Positions 1-9,179 of a stretch of DNA of 64,000 bases are shown here, piece after piece; positions within the stretch are counted from its first letter, which is position 1; every line of letters begins with the position of its first letter. The position numbers and the translations under genes are program-made. Origin of the DNA: Oligoflexales bacterium (GTDB lineage: Bacteria > Bdellovibrionota_B > Oligoflexia > Oligoflexales > JALZUQ01); NCBI GenBank assembly GCA_023301465.1, contig JALZUQ010000001.1, positions 105,225 to 169,224 on the forward strand. The letters are read 5' to 3'. Below the pieces are notes generated by a model. The model was not told where the DNA came from. It made no database searches and worked only from the letters and a program-made list of their open reading frames with translations.

Positions 1-128
1 ACAATGAACTCTACACCTTGGATCCCTTTACTGATCATGGTGTTCACTGCGTTTCCGCCACCACCACCAACGCCTACGACCTTGATTTTTGCACCAATTG
101 GTGACTTATTCTGTCCATCAACAGACAT
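1..128 (-). CDS. ftsZ: Cell division GTPase FtsZ, N-terminal fragment (gene runs off window start)
   Basis: Own minus-strand translation from ATG at 128-126: [43 protein letters not shown], with the tubulin-type GGGGGNAV loop. Lies directly downstream of ftsA. Absent from the ORF track because it is truncated by the window edge. Confidence 0.85.
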   Translation of the reverse strand, partial: MSVDGQNKSPIGAKIKVVGVGGGGGNAVNTMISKGIQGVEFI

Positions 129-231
129 ACATCCCTCCCCGTCTATGGATTTGTTTCCACAGATTATTGTTTTCGTTACATAAATTATAAAATTTTGAGG
201 AGTCGGATGTCAATTTTTTGGCAAGAGTAAA

Positions 232-1431
232 TTAAGATAATTCTTTTAACCAATTGATAAATTGGTTGATATAGCGTCCAGCTTTCAGTCGCTTAGCCTT
301 GATTTTATGAGTAATAATTTTTCCAAGACTTACATTAACTAAGCCTAATGAAGTTGCGTAACGAGTCGCATAATATTTTTTATTGTCGTCGGAACCAATT
401 TTTAAGGAAGGTTTTGCTTGTCGAACATGAATGCCAAGTTGTTTTGCCAAAAACCAACCAAGCCCATTCACATCACTGCCTCCGCCCGTTAATACAAGGC
501 CAGAACGTAGAACATGATGGTATCCAGCGGTTTCTTTATGAATAAGGTTTGCAAGTTCACCTAATCTAGAGGCAAGGATTGGATATAAGTCTTGCCAACC
601 GACCATTTTTTTTGTGCCGTTCAGTAAAGTTACTTCAATTTTTTTCTCACGGTTGTTTGGTATCAGGCCGATCTCTCGTTTTAGTCTTTCTGCTTGGTCT
701 TCATCTATTCCAAGCCCAATGCTAATGTCTTGTCTCATTAGAATGCCAGCAATGTTAATTGTAAAAGTTTTAACAGGGCGGCCTTCCATGAAAACAATCC
801 CGTCTGTCGTACCACCACCAATATCAATGAGTGTCACACCCATTTGTTTATCAACGTCTTCAAGGGTTACAGATGCTGAAGCAACGGGTTCAGCTTGAAA
901 GCTTTCAACGCTAATCCCACACTGATTACAAAGACGCATGACATCTTTAAGGTAGCTTTGATCGCCATCAATGGTAAGAAACTTTCCGCTTAATTTTTGA
1001 CCACTCATTTGAATCGGAGCACTTAAGAAGTCTCTATCATCTAGTAAGAAACCATAAGGAAGACAATGAAGAACCTCACGGCGGTCTTCTTCACATTGGT
1101 TTAATGCAGACTCACTGAGAAGATCTACGTGTTTTTGAGTAACGACTTGATCGTTTAAATCAATAGAAGCTGATTCAATAAAACAGTTTAAATGAGAACC
1201 AGCAATGCCCACATTTACTTTGTCGATATCTTCATTGAGCTCTTTTTCAGCCTTAGAAATAAGGGTGTTTAGAGCTTTTTGAGCAGCAGCAAACTCGTCT
1301 ACCATCCCGCGACGCATGCCGCAGGCTTCAACTTCAAAAATTTGCAAAGAATGTTTATCGGACCCAAAATCTTTTAAGGCCGCTAAACAAAACTTTGTAG
1401 TTCCAAGATCTAAAGCAAAAATAGACGCCAC
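232..1431 (-). CDS. ftsA: Cell division protein FtsA (actin-like ATPase)
   Basis: 399 aa. N-terminal ALDLGTTKF phosphate-1 motif, DIGGGTTD and LTGGGS actin-fold motifs. Position ftsQ-ftsA-ftsZ. Confidence 0.9.
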   Translation of the reverse strand: MASIFALDLGTTKFCLAALKDFGSDKHSLQIFEVEACGMRRGMVDEFAAAQKALNTLISKAEKELNEDIDKVNVGIAGSHLNCFIESASIDLNDQVVTQKHVDLLSESALNQCEEDRREVLHCLPYGFLLDDRDFLSAPIQMSGQKLSGKFLTIDGDQSYLKDVMRLCNQCGISVESFQAEPVASASVTLEDVDKQMGVTLIDIGGGTTDGIVFMEGRPVKTFTINIAGILMRQDISIGLGIDEDQAERLKREIGLIPNNREKKIEVTLLNGTKKMVGWQDLYPILASRLGELANLIHKETAGYHHVLRSGLVLTGGGSDVNGLGWFLAKQLGIHVRQAKPSLKIGSDDNKKYYATRYATSLGLVNVSLGKIITHKIKAKRLKAGRYINQFINWLKELS

Positions 1432-1445
1432 GTATAAACCCTATT

Positions 1446-2252
1446 CTAGAGATTCTTATATTTAGTAAATACTTTATTACCATTGTAATCTAATTCGACA
1501 CGACTTACGAGTCGACCGCGAATTTTTGATTTATGAAGGATTGTTTTTAGTTTTGAGATTTTTTCTTCAAAATCTTTAAACCCAATCATAACTTCTGTTT
1601 CATGGGGTTTTACCCAAAATGACAAACCTCGATAAAGGTCATAATGGTATTTAGAGACGTCCAGCAGCCGGTTTTTGAGAGCAGCGTTCAATTCAAAAAT
1701 ACTTTCAATAGCTTGTTTTTGTTGGATTTTTTCTAGTTTTTTGACTCCTGTCAACAGAGGCATAGAGTCAGAATTTTGGTGTGTGTTTTGATACATGAAT
1801 CCATCACTACTAATAAAACTTGAATCTTTTGGGTCAAGTTTAAACACAGGAACTCTTTCTTCAATGACAACTTGTAAAGGCTCACCATACGAGCGAATAA
1901 CCTGAGTTTTTTGATACCCAAATTTTTTAGCAACTTGCTCTCCGTAGTCGTTAAAAAAACCTTTGTTTGATACTTTAAGTATATGTTTTTTTAGTTGCCG
2001 AATTTTTTTGTCATTATTTTTATTATTGGTTTCTTGTCTTGTTTGCGTATTCGTGATGCTTACTTCGCTCGGCTTCCATGAGGAAATCGGCTTGCTTGTA
2101 AAGTATAAAGCAAATAAAATAGCGGCTAAAATGGCCGGAAAATAAAAAACGGCTGATTTAAACGCTTTAAGGCACTTAGAAACAATTACCCTAAATACTA
2201 GTGGGGACTGTTTTTTTAGTACCGATTTTCTTTTTTTCTTTTTTTTAGCCAT
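1446..2252 (-). CDS. ftsQ: Cell division protein FtsQ (POTRA domain); ORF extends to 2273 (TTG), but ATG at 2252 has an AAGGGGGAA RBS
   Basis: Lys-rich cytoplasmic N-terminus, single TM helix, then a POTRA-like VVIEERVPVFKL segment. Lies immediately upstream of ftsA. Confidence 0.7.
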   Translation of the reverse strand: MAKKKKKRKSVLKKQSPLVFRVIVSKCLKAFKSAVFYFPAILAAILFALYFTSKPISSWKPSEVSITNTQTRQETNNKNNDKKIRQLKKHILKVSNKGFFNDYGEQVAKKFGYQKTQVIRSYGEPLQVVIEERVPVFKLDPKDSSFISSDGFMYQNTHQNSDSMPLLTGVKKLEKIQQKQAIESIFELNAALKNRLLDVSKYHYDLYRGLSFWVKPHETEVMIGFKDFEEKISKLKTILHKSKIRGRLVSRVELDYNGNKVFTKYKNL

Positions 2253-2390
2253 CCATTCCCCCTTTGAATTCAAGTGTAGAAGAGTAAGCTTTTTTTGGTG
2301 TTCTTTTATTATAGCTTTTTTGAAGTCTGTTTGCGAATTTATGTTGAAATCTATCTTTTATCCAAACTAGAAGAATAAAGAAGACGGTGA

Positions 2391-3188
2391 CTAAAGAGCG
2401 TTTAAGTAGTTGGCGATATTTTCAAGGCTTTTGTCAGGATCGTTTTTGTTGGCGAAACAAACCGCTAAATAAGCCAAGATATCTGACTTGTTTATTTTTA
2501 ATTTATCAAAACAAAAAGTTCGTTGGTTCTTTCCTATAAGTAAATCAACCTCTAAAAGTTTAACGCTCTCTTTTTGTTGGTAAACTCGTACATCACAGCC
2601 AACGAGTGACCCATAACTTATACGCTTAGAAGGTACGGTTTTTGATAAATTTCGAGAGAGTTCTTGGTCCCAGTTAAAAACCACGCTTTCAGTGGATTGT
2701 TTAAGAACAGTTTTAATTTGTGGGAGTTCTTTTGTTTCAATATTAGATAAATCACCAATAAATATGTGAGTCGGTTTAACTTTATTTAGTAGCTCACCTG
2801 CAGATGAAGGCTCATATATAAAAAAAGAAGACCCTTCTTCTTGATTGTGGTTTATATAATCCATTAATTTGAAAAACTGTGAATTTTTTGGTTGAGGAAA
2901 AACCAAAAGAGAACAGGCCATTTGTTCGAGGGACTGTAGCGTCTTGTCTGAAGATTTAACTTTTAGGCTTTCAGAGCGGTAGAGTTCTTCAAGCTCTAGA
3001 GTCTTTTTTTCATCCGTGCAAATGATTCCGTGCAACTTACGTTTTTTTGATAATAAAGAGAGTTTATGGAGGTTGTCATATTGTTCAATGTGAAAATTTA
3101 AGTGTTGTAAAAGTTTCCGAACTAATTCGTTCGAAGCAAACACATGGTTTTTAGGTAAAAATAGAGTCTGTTGTTTTATTGGTTTCAC
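2391..3188 (-). CDS. Degenerate, truncated MurC-like (Mur ligase central domain) protein lacking P-loop and C-terminal domain
   Basis: 265 aa. By-eye alignment to E. coli MurC (recalled from memory): LLVFPQPKNSQ at the P-loop position (IAIAGTHGKTT), FFIYEPSSAGELL vs YLIAEADESDASFL, RISYGSLVGCDVRVYQQ vs TTTYGFSEDADVRVENYQQ, NKSDILAYLAVCFA vs GRHNALNAAAAVAVA. Occupies the murC slot between ftsW and ftsQ. Confidence 0.55.
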   Translation of the reverse strand: MKPIKQQTLFLPKNHVFASNELVRKLLQHLNFHIEQYDNLHKLSLLSKKRKLHGIICTDEKKTLELEELYRSESLKVKSSDKTLQSLEQMACSLLVFPQPKNSQFFKLMDYINHNQEEGSSFFIYEPSSAGELLNKVKPTHIFIGDLSNIETKELPQIKTVLKQSTESVVFNWDQELSRNLSKTVPSKRISYGSLVGCDVRVYQQKESVKLLEVDLLIGKNQRTFCFDKLKINKSDILAYLAVCFANKNDPDKSLENIANYLNAL

Positions 3189-4275
3189 GGATTTTCAAGC
3201 TCGCTAGTTTCATCAGTATTCCGGCTAATACCATGAAAATCAATAAGGATGAACCACCGCTACTAATGAAAGGAAGGGAGATACCTTTGGTTGGCATGGT
3301 GCCTGTCGAAACAGCGATATTAATAAGTGCTTGAATAGCAATCAAAACAGTTATTCCAAAAGCTAAATATTTGTAATAGTTGTTGTTTTTATGAAGACTA
3401 GCAACCCGAAACCCTAACAAACATAAATAACAAAAAGCTAAGATGACAAATAACACTCCAAAAAAACCTAGCTCTTCAGCAATAACAGGAAAAATAAAAT
3501 CAGAGTGAGCCTCCGGTAAAAAGAAGAGTTTTTGTCGAGACTCCCCTAATCCAAGCCCCCAAAGCCCACCGTTTTTAAACGCCATCCAGCTTTGTATGAT
3601 TTGAAACCCACCTTGAGAGTATTCTTCCCACGGTCTTAAAAATGCCGTTAATCGTTTCATCCTATAGGGGGCTGCTACTACAGCAACCGTTAATGCGGCT
3701 AACCCCAAACCAATTGAGCTAAAGACCTGCCACTTTGGAATGCCAGAAACATAAAGAAGAACAAATGTAACAGATACAATCATGAAGGCAGAACCAAGGT
3801 CAGGCTGGCATATGATTAACCCAGCCAGCAAAAGTGACACCAAAACATTTGGGATCACTCCAAAATAAAAGTTTCGCACATCATAAGTGTTTCGGGACAT
3901 GTTTTTAGCAAGAAATAATAAGATAGAGACCTTAGCAACTTCGCTTGGTTGTAAGTTCATGATTCCAAAAAAACGAAGCCAGCGGTAGGCACCTTTTACC
4001 TTTACTCCAACCCCCGGAATAAGAACCATGACAAGCAAAACTAAAGACAAAACTAATAAAAAAAGGTTACACCGTTCAATAAACTTGAAAGGCACGATCT
4101 GAATAAGGCCAATAAGAACAAGGCCTAGAGTAGCAGCAACGGCTTGTTTCTTTGCAAAAAAATAAATACTTCCAAACCGATCCCCTGCCATTACAGCAGA
4201 AGATGTAAAAATAATCATGATTCCAAAAAGAACCATAAAAGCAACACACACTAAAATTTGCCCGCGGTAAGTCAT
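3151..4275 (-). CDS. ftsW: SEDS-family peptidoglycan glycosyltransferase FtsW
   Basis: 374 aa polytopic membrane protein with SEDS-like motifs (QPSEVAKV, PEAHSDFIF, LPFISSGGSS). dcw context downstream of murD. Confidence 0.85.
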   Translation of the reverse strand: MTYRGQILVCVAFMVLFGIMIIFTSSAVMAGDRFGSIYFFAKKQAVAATLGLVLIGLIQIVPFKFIERCNLFLLVLSLVLLVMVLIPGVGVKVKGAYRWLRFFGIMNLQPSEVAKVSILLFLAKNMSRNTYDVRNFYFGVIPNVLVSLLLAGLIICQPDLGSAFMIVSVTFVLLYVSGIPKWQVFSSIGLGLAALTVAVVAAPYRMKRLTAFLRPWEEYSQGGFQIIQSWMAFKNGGLWGLGLGESRQKLFFLPEAHSDFIFPVIAEELGFFGVLFVILAFCYLCLLGFRVASLHKNNNYYKYLAFGITVLIAIQALINIAVSTGTMPTKGISLPFISSGGSSLLIFMVLAGILMKLASLKIRETNKTTDSIFT

Positions 4276-4350
4276 AAATATATTTTACATGATTCTAAAA
4301 AGAAGTTCAGATTCAATTTCAAGGTTTGTTTGACTGAGAGAAAGGAGGTT

Positions 4351-5394
4351 TTATTTAAACGCCTGAAAGCATTGTTTTAAGCTTAGAAATTTAGGAGAAG
4401 GGCTAATTGTTTTTTTCTTGATGGGGGCTTGAGATGTAGCGTCGGTTTTTTTGTTGGATTCCTTTGGGCCTTTGGGAGTTTGGCTGTCTCGCATAAAGAT
4501 AGAAACAATCGAACCAACTGCATAAGTTAAATATGTAGCAACCAATGTTGTATGTAGCTCAAATGGTAAGCCAAAAAGACCAGCTGGAATAGCGGCATGG
4601 AAGCCAAGCTGGTAAAGCCCCATAAGGTTAAGAGCTAAGACACTTGTATAAGAATAAACTCTTTCGCTTTTAGCTGGGTCGGTGACAAAAGTATTTCTAA
4701 TAGCATGAAACATGCTGCTCCCAAAGCTTGCAGCTAATACTAGCGAAGCAGTTTCAAATAGGCCCTCTTGTGTCCAAATAGCGTGGGAGTTATTGACGAG
4801 TTCGTTTTTTGAGTGGAGAATAGCGTTTAAAATAGAAATGGAAACAGCACTAAATCCAGCTCTACGAAGCAGATTCTCAACGAATGATGTCGAAGCCAAT
4901 TGAGGGTTCATTTCTTTAAAGTTTAAAAGCTTATCATCACCTTTAGATTCTCTAGACCTTTTTAGAAATTTTGGAATGAACTTCCCCCAAGGGAGGGGTT
5001 TTGAAAAAAATCGGTCGTAACGTTGAAGATACTTGGTAGAGTAATAAGTAATAGCAGTCATGATGGCAAAAGCTGTTCCAAATGAAACTAAGGTGATTTC
5101 ACCTTCTTGGTGATCTCTTAATAGAGCGAAGAAGGCTATGGCTTTTGTAGAAATAGTGAGCATGAACGCACTATCTTCCTGCTTCTTTTTTAACTCATCT
5201 GAAATTTCTATTTCTGTATCTTGAATCCATTGAATGATAGCGTTTTGAGTAATTTTTTCTTTTGTCGAGAATTGGTTATTATCTTTAGAGCCTTGAGCAA
5301 GGCAAGCTTTAGGTGTGCAAAATGAAACCATTAAAAGCACAATAGTGATAAATTGATAAAATTTAGAATGAAAAACCATAGTGCAAGATAGCAT
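4351..5394 (-). CDS. Hypothetical multi-pass membrane protein inserted in the dcw cluster
   Basis: 347 aa. N-terminal hydrophobic signal or lipoprotein-like segment, several predicted TM helices, Lys/Pro-rich C-terminal tail. I recognise no family. Confidence 0.5.
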   Translation of the reverse strand: MLSCTMVFHSKFYQFITIVLLMVSFCTPKACLAQGSKDNNQFSTKEKITQNAIIQWIQDTEIEISDELKKKQEDSAFMLTISTKAIAFFALLRDHQEGEITLVSFGTAFAIMTAITYYSTKYLQRYDRFFSKPLPWGKFIPKFLKRSRESKGDDKLLNFKEMNPQLASTSFVENLLRRAGFSAVSISILNAILHSKNELVNNSHAIWTQEGLFETASLVLAASFGSSMFHAIRNTFVTDPAKSERVYSYTSVLALNLMGLYQLGFHAAIPAGLFGLPFELHTTLVATYLTYAVGSIVSIFMRDSQTPKGPKESNKKTDATSQAPIKKKTISPSPKFLSLKQCFQAFK

Positions 5395-5482
5395 AGAATA
5401 GTTGAAAAGTCCAGCTACAAGGTCTTGTAATCATTGGGCTAAAATCAGAACCTTGCCAGGCAGCCAAAACTTCTTTGTAAAT

Positions 5483-6667
5483 TCATAAATTTAAGGCCTG
5501 TACAAAAAACTGACCTCGGTCTTCAAATGATTGAAACTCATCGAAACTTGAGCCACCCGGAGAAAATAACGTAGCGAGCTGTGAGTCTAGCCAAAGCTCT
5601 TGGTTTTGTGGAGCCAAGCACTCCTTTAGTGTCTTAAAAAAATGGACATCTACGCCAAGAGTCTTAAAGAACTCAAGGCTTTGGGCTCCAAGAGGTCCAA
5701 ATAACACAACAACCTGAATAGATGGTCGGTGTTTCGTCAGTTTTTTGACACAATCTCCATCTTTGGGTTTGCCACCAAAAAGCAATATAACCGGTTGCTT
5801 CATTGAAGAGAGTGCGTAGCAAGTAGCGTCAATATTTGTTGCTTTTGAATCATTGATGACAAGCGGGTTCAAACAAATTTTCTCTAAGCGGTGCTTTAGT
5901 CCTTTATAAGTTGAAAGGTGCTCGGCTGTTCTATTTGAGTGTCTTGGAAAGGCATTCATAACGAGCTTCTCAACGAGATCAGAGTTTGATGGGTTCTCTA
6001 ACGATATCATCTCAGCGTTGACTGTGTTTGGAGCAAAGCTTTCTAGTGCTTGGCTAGAGACAATACACGCGTTTTTGGTGTGGACCGCTAGTTTGCTTTT
6101 TGAGTTTTGGTAGTGTTTTAAGCTGCCATGCCATTCAAGGTGATCGCTAGTAATATTGGTGATAATACTCCAATCAAACATAAACTTTTTTAAATAAGAT
6201 AACTGGTAGGAAGAAACTTCCAAGATAACAACCATATTGCTGTGTTCATTTAAGGCAGCTAGTGTGGATGTTGGGGTTCCAATGTTGCCAGCAGCAATAG
6301 CATGAATACCTGCTTGATTGAGGGTGTGTTCCAGCATTTTTACAACACTGGACTTGCCGTTTGTTCCAGTTACGGCAATGACGCTTTTTGGTTTTAGGTG
6401 CATTAAGCCAAACTCAAACTCCGAAAGCCAATCTTTATCTTTTATAAACTCTAGCTCATTGGGGTCTAGTTTATAGCCGGGGCTAACGACAACGGCTTTG
6501 AGTTTTTTGGTTTTGGACTCTTTTAGTGTGCATTGACCAAGGTTGCCACTGAGTTGCAATAGCCTTTGATCGATTACCCAGATTTTTGAATCTGGGTGCT
6601 GGTGCTCAAGAAGCTTAGCAGCAGCTTTTCCAGAAACACCGTAACCAAAAATCAAAAACTCATTCAT
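5483..6667 (-). CDS. murD: UDP-N-acetylmuramoylalanine--D-glutamate ligase MurD (start moved to ATG at 6667, ATGA overlap with mraY stop)
   Basis: MNEFLIFGYGVSGKAAAKLL Rossmann-like N-terminus and VTGTNGKSS P-loop. Position mraY-murD. Confidence 0.9.
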   Translation of the reverse strand: MNEFLIFGYGVSGKAAAKLLEHQHPDSKIWVIDQRLLQLSGNLGQCTLKESKTKKLKAVVVSPGYKLDPNELEFIKDKDWLSEFEFGLMHLKPKSVIAVTGTNGKSSVVKMLEHTLNQAGIHAIAAGNIGTPTSTLAALNEHSNMVVILEVSSYQLSYLKKFMFDWSIITNITSDHLEWHGSLKHYQNSKSKLAVHTKNACIVSSQALESFAPNTVNAEMISLENPSNSDLVEKLVMNAFPRHSNRTAEHLSTYKGLKHRLEKICLNPLVINDSKATNIDATCYALSSMKQPVILLFGGKPKDGDCVKKLTKHRPSIQVVVLFGPLGAQSLEFFKTLGVDVHFFKTLKECLAPQNQELWLDSQLATLFSPGGSSFDEFQSFEDRGQFFVQALNL

Positions 6668-7740
6668 CTCAATTTTAAACTCAAAAGACCAATGAGGGCT
6701 AAAATAATCGAAATGATCCAAAAACGAACAATAACCTTTGGTTCAGGCCAACCCTTTAGTTCAAAATGGTGGTGAATGGGTGCCATTTTAAAAACACGTT
6801 TTCCCGTTGTTTTAAAGGAAGCAACTTGAGTGATAACCGATAGTGCTTCAATGACAAAAATCCCTCCAACGATAGCAAGAATTATTTCATGGTGAGTACA
6901 AACAGCAAGTGTGCCAAGGGCACCGCCTAAAGATAGAGAACCGACATCTCCCATAAACACTTGGGCTGGGTATGTGTTGTACCAAAGAAACCCAAGCCCT
7001 GCCCCAACCAGGCACGCAGAAAAAATAGTAAGTTCACCGCTACCAAGGATAAATGGATAGTTTAGGTAGCTAGCAAAATTAGTGTTGCCTGTAACATAGG
7101 CAAGAATTGCTATGCACGCAGCAGTGGTCATAACAGGTCCGATTGCTAAACCGTCTAAGCCATCAGTAAGGTTCACAGCATTTGAGGCCCCCACAATGAC
7201 AAAGGCACCAAAAGGAACAAAAAACCAATCGAGAGGAATAATGAAGTTTTTAAAAAACGGAAATAAAAGCTGTGGTTCGATGTCGCCGCGGTAATACATG
7301 CAACCAGTCACACCAAGAGCTAAGAGAAACTGCCAAAAAAGTTTTACTTTTCCGGAGACACCTTTTGTGTTTTTTTTGGTGATTTTCCAATAATCATCAA
7401 GAAAACCTAGGATTCCATAACCAAGAGTGATGACAAATACATACCAAAAAAATGGATTGGTTAGGTCCATCCATAAAAGTGCTGGAAGTAAAATCGCAAC
7501 AAGTATCAACCCACCACCCATTGTGGGTGTGCCGGCTTTTGAAAAATGCGACTCAGGCCCCAGCTCACGAATCTGCTGTCCAATTTGATTTTTTTGCAGA
7601 CGCCTTATAAACCATGGCGATATTAAAAAACAGATTCCTAGGGCGGTAAGCATCCCTATTCCAGCACGGAATGTAATGTATTTAACAACATTAAAAATAG
7701 AAGCGTGGTCAGCGAGTGGAAGTAGTAAGTGATAGAGCAT
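6664..7740 (-). CDS. mraY: Phospho-N-acetylmuramoyl-pentapeptide transferase MraY
   Basis: 358 aa polytopic protein with NAVNLTDGLDGLA and PIHHHFE motifs typical of MraY. Confidence 0.95.
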   Translation of the reverse strand: MLYHLLLPLADHASIFNVVKYITFRAGIGMLTALGICFLISPWFIRRLQKNQIGQQIRELGPESHFSKAGTPTMGGGLILVAILLPALLWMDLTNPFFWYVFVITLGYGILGFLDDYWKITKKNTKGVSGKVKLFWQFLLALGVTGCMYYRGDIEPQLLFPFFKNFIIPLDWFFVPFGAFVIVGASNAVNLTDGLDGLAIGPVMTTAACIAILAYVTGNTNFASYLNYPFILGSGELTIFSACLVGAGLGFLWYNTYPAQVFMGDVGSLSLGGALGTLAVCTHHEIILAIVGGIFVIEALSVITQVASFKTTGKRVFKMAPIHHHFELKGWPEPKVIVRFWIISIILALIGLLSLKLR

Positions 7741-7752
7741 AGAGTGGGTTAC

Positions 7753-9147
7753 CTAGTTTTGTATGTCTTTGATAAGTCTATCAAAGTTCATTGAATTACT
7801 CGCCTTAAAATACGCGACATCCCATGAGACTTCATTGAGAGCCTGTGAAGAAACATCATCAATGGTGAGGAAGTATTTAACAGGAAATGTATTTTGAAGG
7901 CCTTTAAAAAGGTGTTTCATTTCAAGCCCTACAAGGACTAATAGTCTGATTTCACTTATTTTTTTTAGATCTTCAGATATTTTCTCATGGTAATCCTTAG
8001 AGTCTTTCCCCAGCTCTAGCATGTCTCCTAAAACAATAAGCTTTGACGCTGATGTAAAACAACGTTCTAAAGTGCTTAGCCCTGCGGACATGCTTGATGG
8101 GCTTGCGTTATAAGCATCATGCACAAGAGTTTTCTCTTTCGATTCAATTTTTTGAAAGCGGCCGTTTGCAGGCTGAAGGTTTTGGAGGGCTCTTTGAATA
8201 TTGCTGAAGGAAATTTCAGCATGCTGACACAATGCAACAGCAGCAGTGGTGTTTAGTCCAAGGGATTCATGCAGGTAGTCAGATTCAATAGGGATGCTGT
8301 GGTTTTTAATGTGAAGATCAAACGACTGCTTACCTTGTTGCCACCTTTGATTCGAGTAAAATATATCAGCTTTATCAGAGTCGCCGAATGTAATGACCGT
8401 CTCATGGTTTGCGGTTTCTTTTAAAATTTTTGGGTCAAAGACAGGTGCAACAGCAACAGTACTTTTTGTGGTTTTGTGAAACATTTCGCATTTTGTTTTT
8501 AAAAGTGTCTCTCTGTTTCCAAAAATTTCAATATGCGTATTGGTTGCATTTAACACGCAACAAATATCAGGTTCTGCAATTTCAGCTAGGTAACCAATAT
8601 CATTTTGTTTTCTAGCTCCCATTTCAATTACGGCCCAGTTCGTATCAGAAGTGATTTGAAGAAGTGTAAGAGGCACACCAACTTCGTTATTCATACTCCC
8701 TTTGGGTGCTAGTGTTTTGTGTTGGGTCTTAAGGAGTTCTTCACAGATATTTTTTACCGTCGTTTTCCCAGTTGAGCCAGTAATGGCAATTATCTTTGCT
8801 GAGTTTTTTCGTCTCCAAGACCTTGCGAATGCCCCCAAAAACACAAGCGTGTCATCAACGCCTACTCCGCCTAACGCGTGGAACTCCTTACTTTTAGGGT
8901 GGCTCTTCCGATAGAAGAACCCTGCTATTTGTTGAGTAAAATCTTTGGTGAGAAAGTTGTGACCGTCAAAAATTTGACCCTTTATGGGCAAAAACCAATG
9001 ATTTTTTGAGCATTGCCTACTATCAATAGAGAGAGTACTTGGCTGAGGACAAGTTTTTGTAGATATGTCTTTAGGAATAACATCTAAAAAATCTTTCCAA
9101 TGAAGTTTAGGTTTTAAGCTCAAAGCGATATCTCCAATTTCAAACAA
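7753..9147 (-). CDS. murF: UDP-MurNAc-tripeptide--D-alanyl-D-alanine ligase MurF
   Basis: 464 aa. ITGSTGKTT P-loop and Mur ligase architecture. Position murE-murF-mraY. Confidence 0.9.
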   Translation of the reverse strand: MFEIGDIALSLKPKLHWKDFLDVIPKDISTKTCPQPSTLSIDSRQCSKNHWFLPIKGQIFDGHNFLTKDFTQQIAGFFYRKSHPKSKEFHALGGVGVDDTLVFLGAFARSWRRKNSAKIIAITGSTGKTTVKNICEELLKTQHKTLAPKGSMNNEVGVPLTLLQITSDTNWAVIEMGARKQNDIGYLAEIAEPDICCVLNATNTHIEIFGNRETLLKTKCEMFHKTTKSTVAVAPVFDPKILKETANHETVITFGDSDKADIFYSNQRWQQGKQSFDLHIKNHSIPIESDYLHESLGLNTTAAVALCQHAEISFSNIQRALQNLQPANGRFQKIESKEKTLVHDAYNASPSSMSAGLSTLERCFTSASKLIVLGDMLELGKDSKDYHEKISEDLKKISEIRLLVLVGLEMKHLFKGLQNTFPVKYFLTIDDVSSQALNEVSWDVAYFKASNSMNFDRLIKDIQN

Positions 9148-9179
9148 GCATACAAAATCATAAAAAACTTCGAAAGGCT

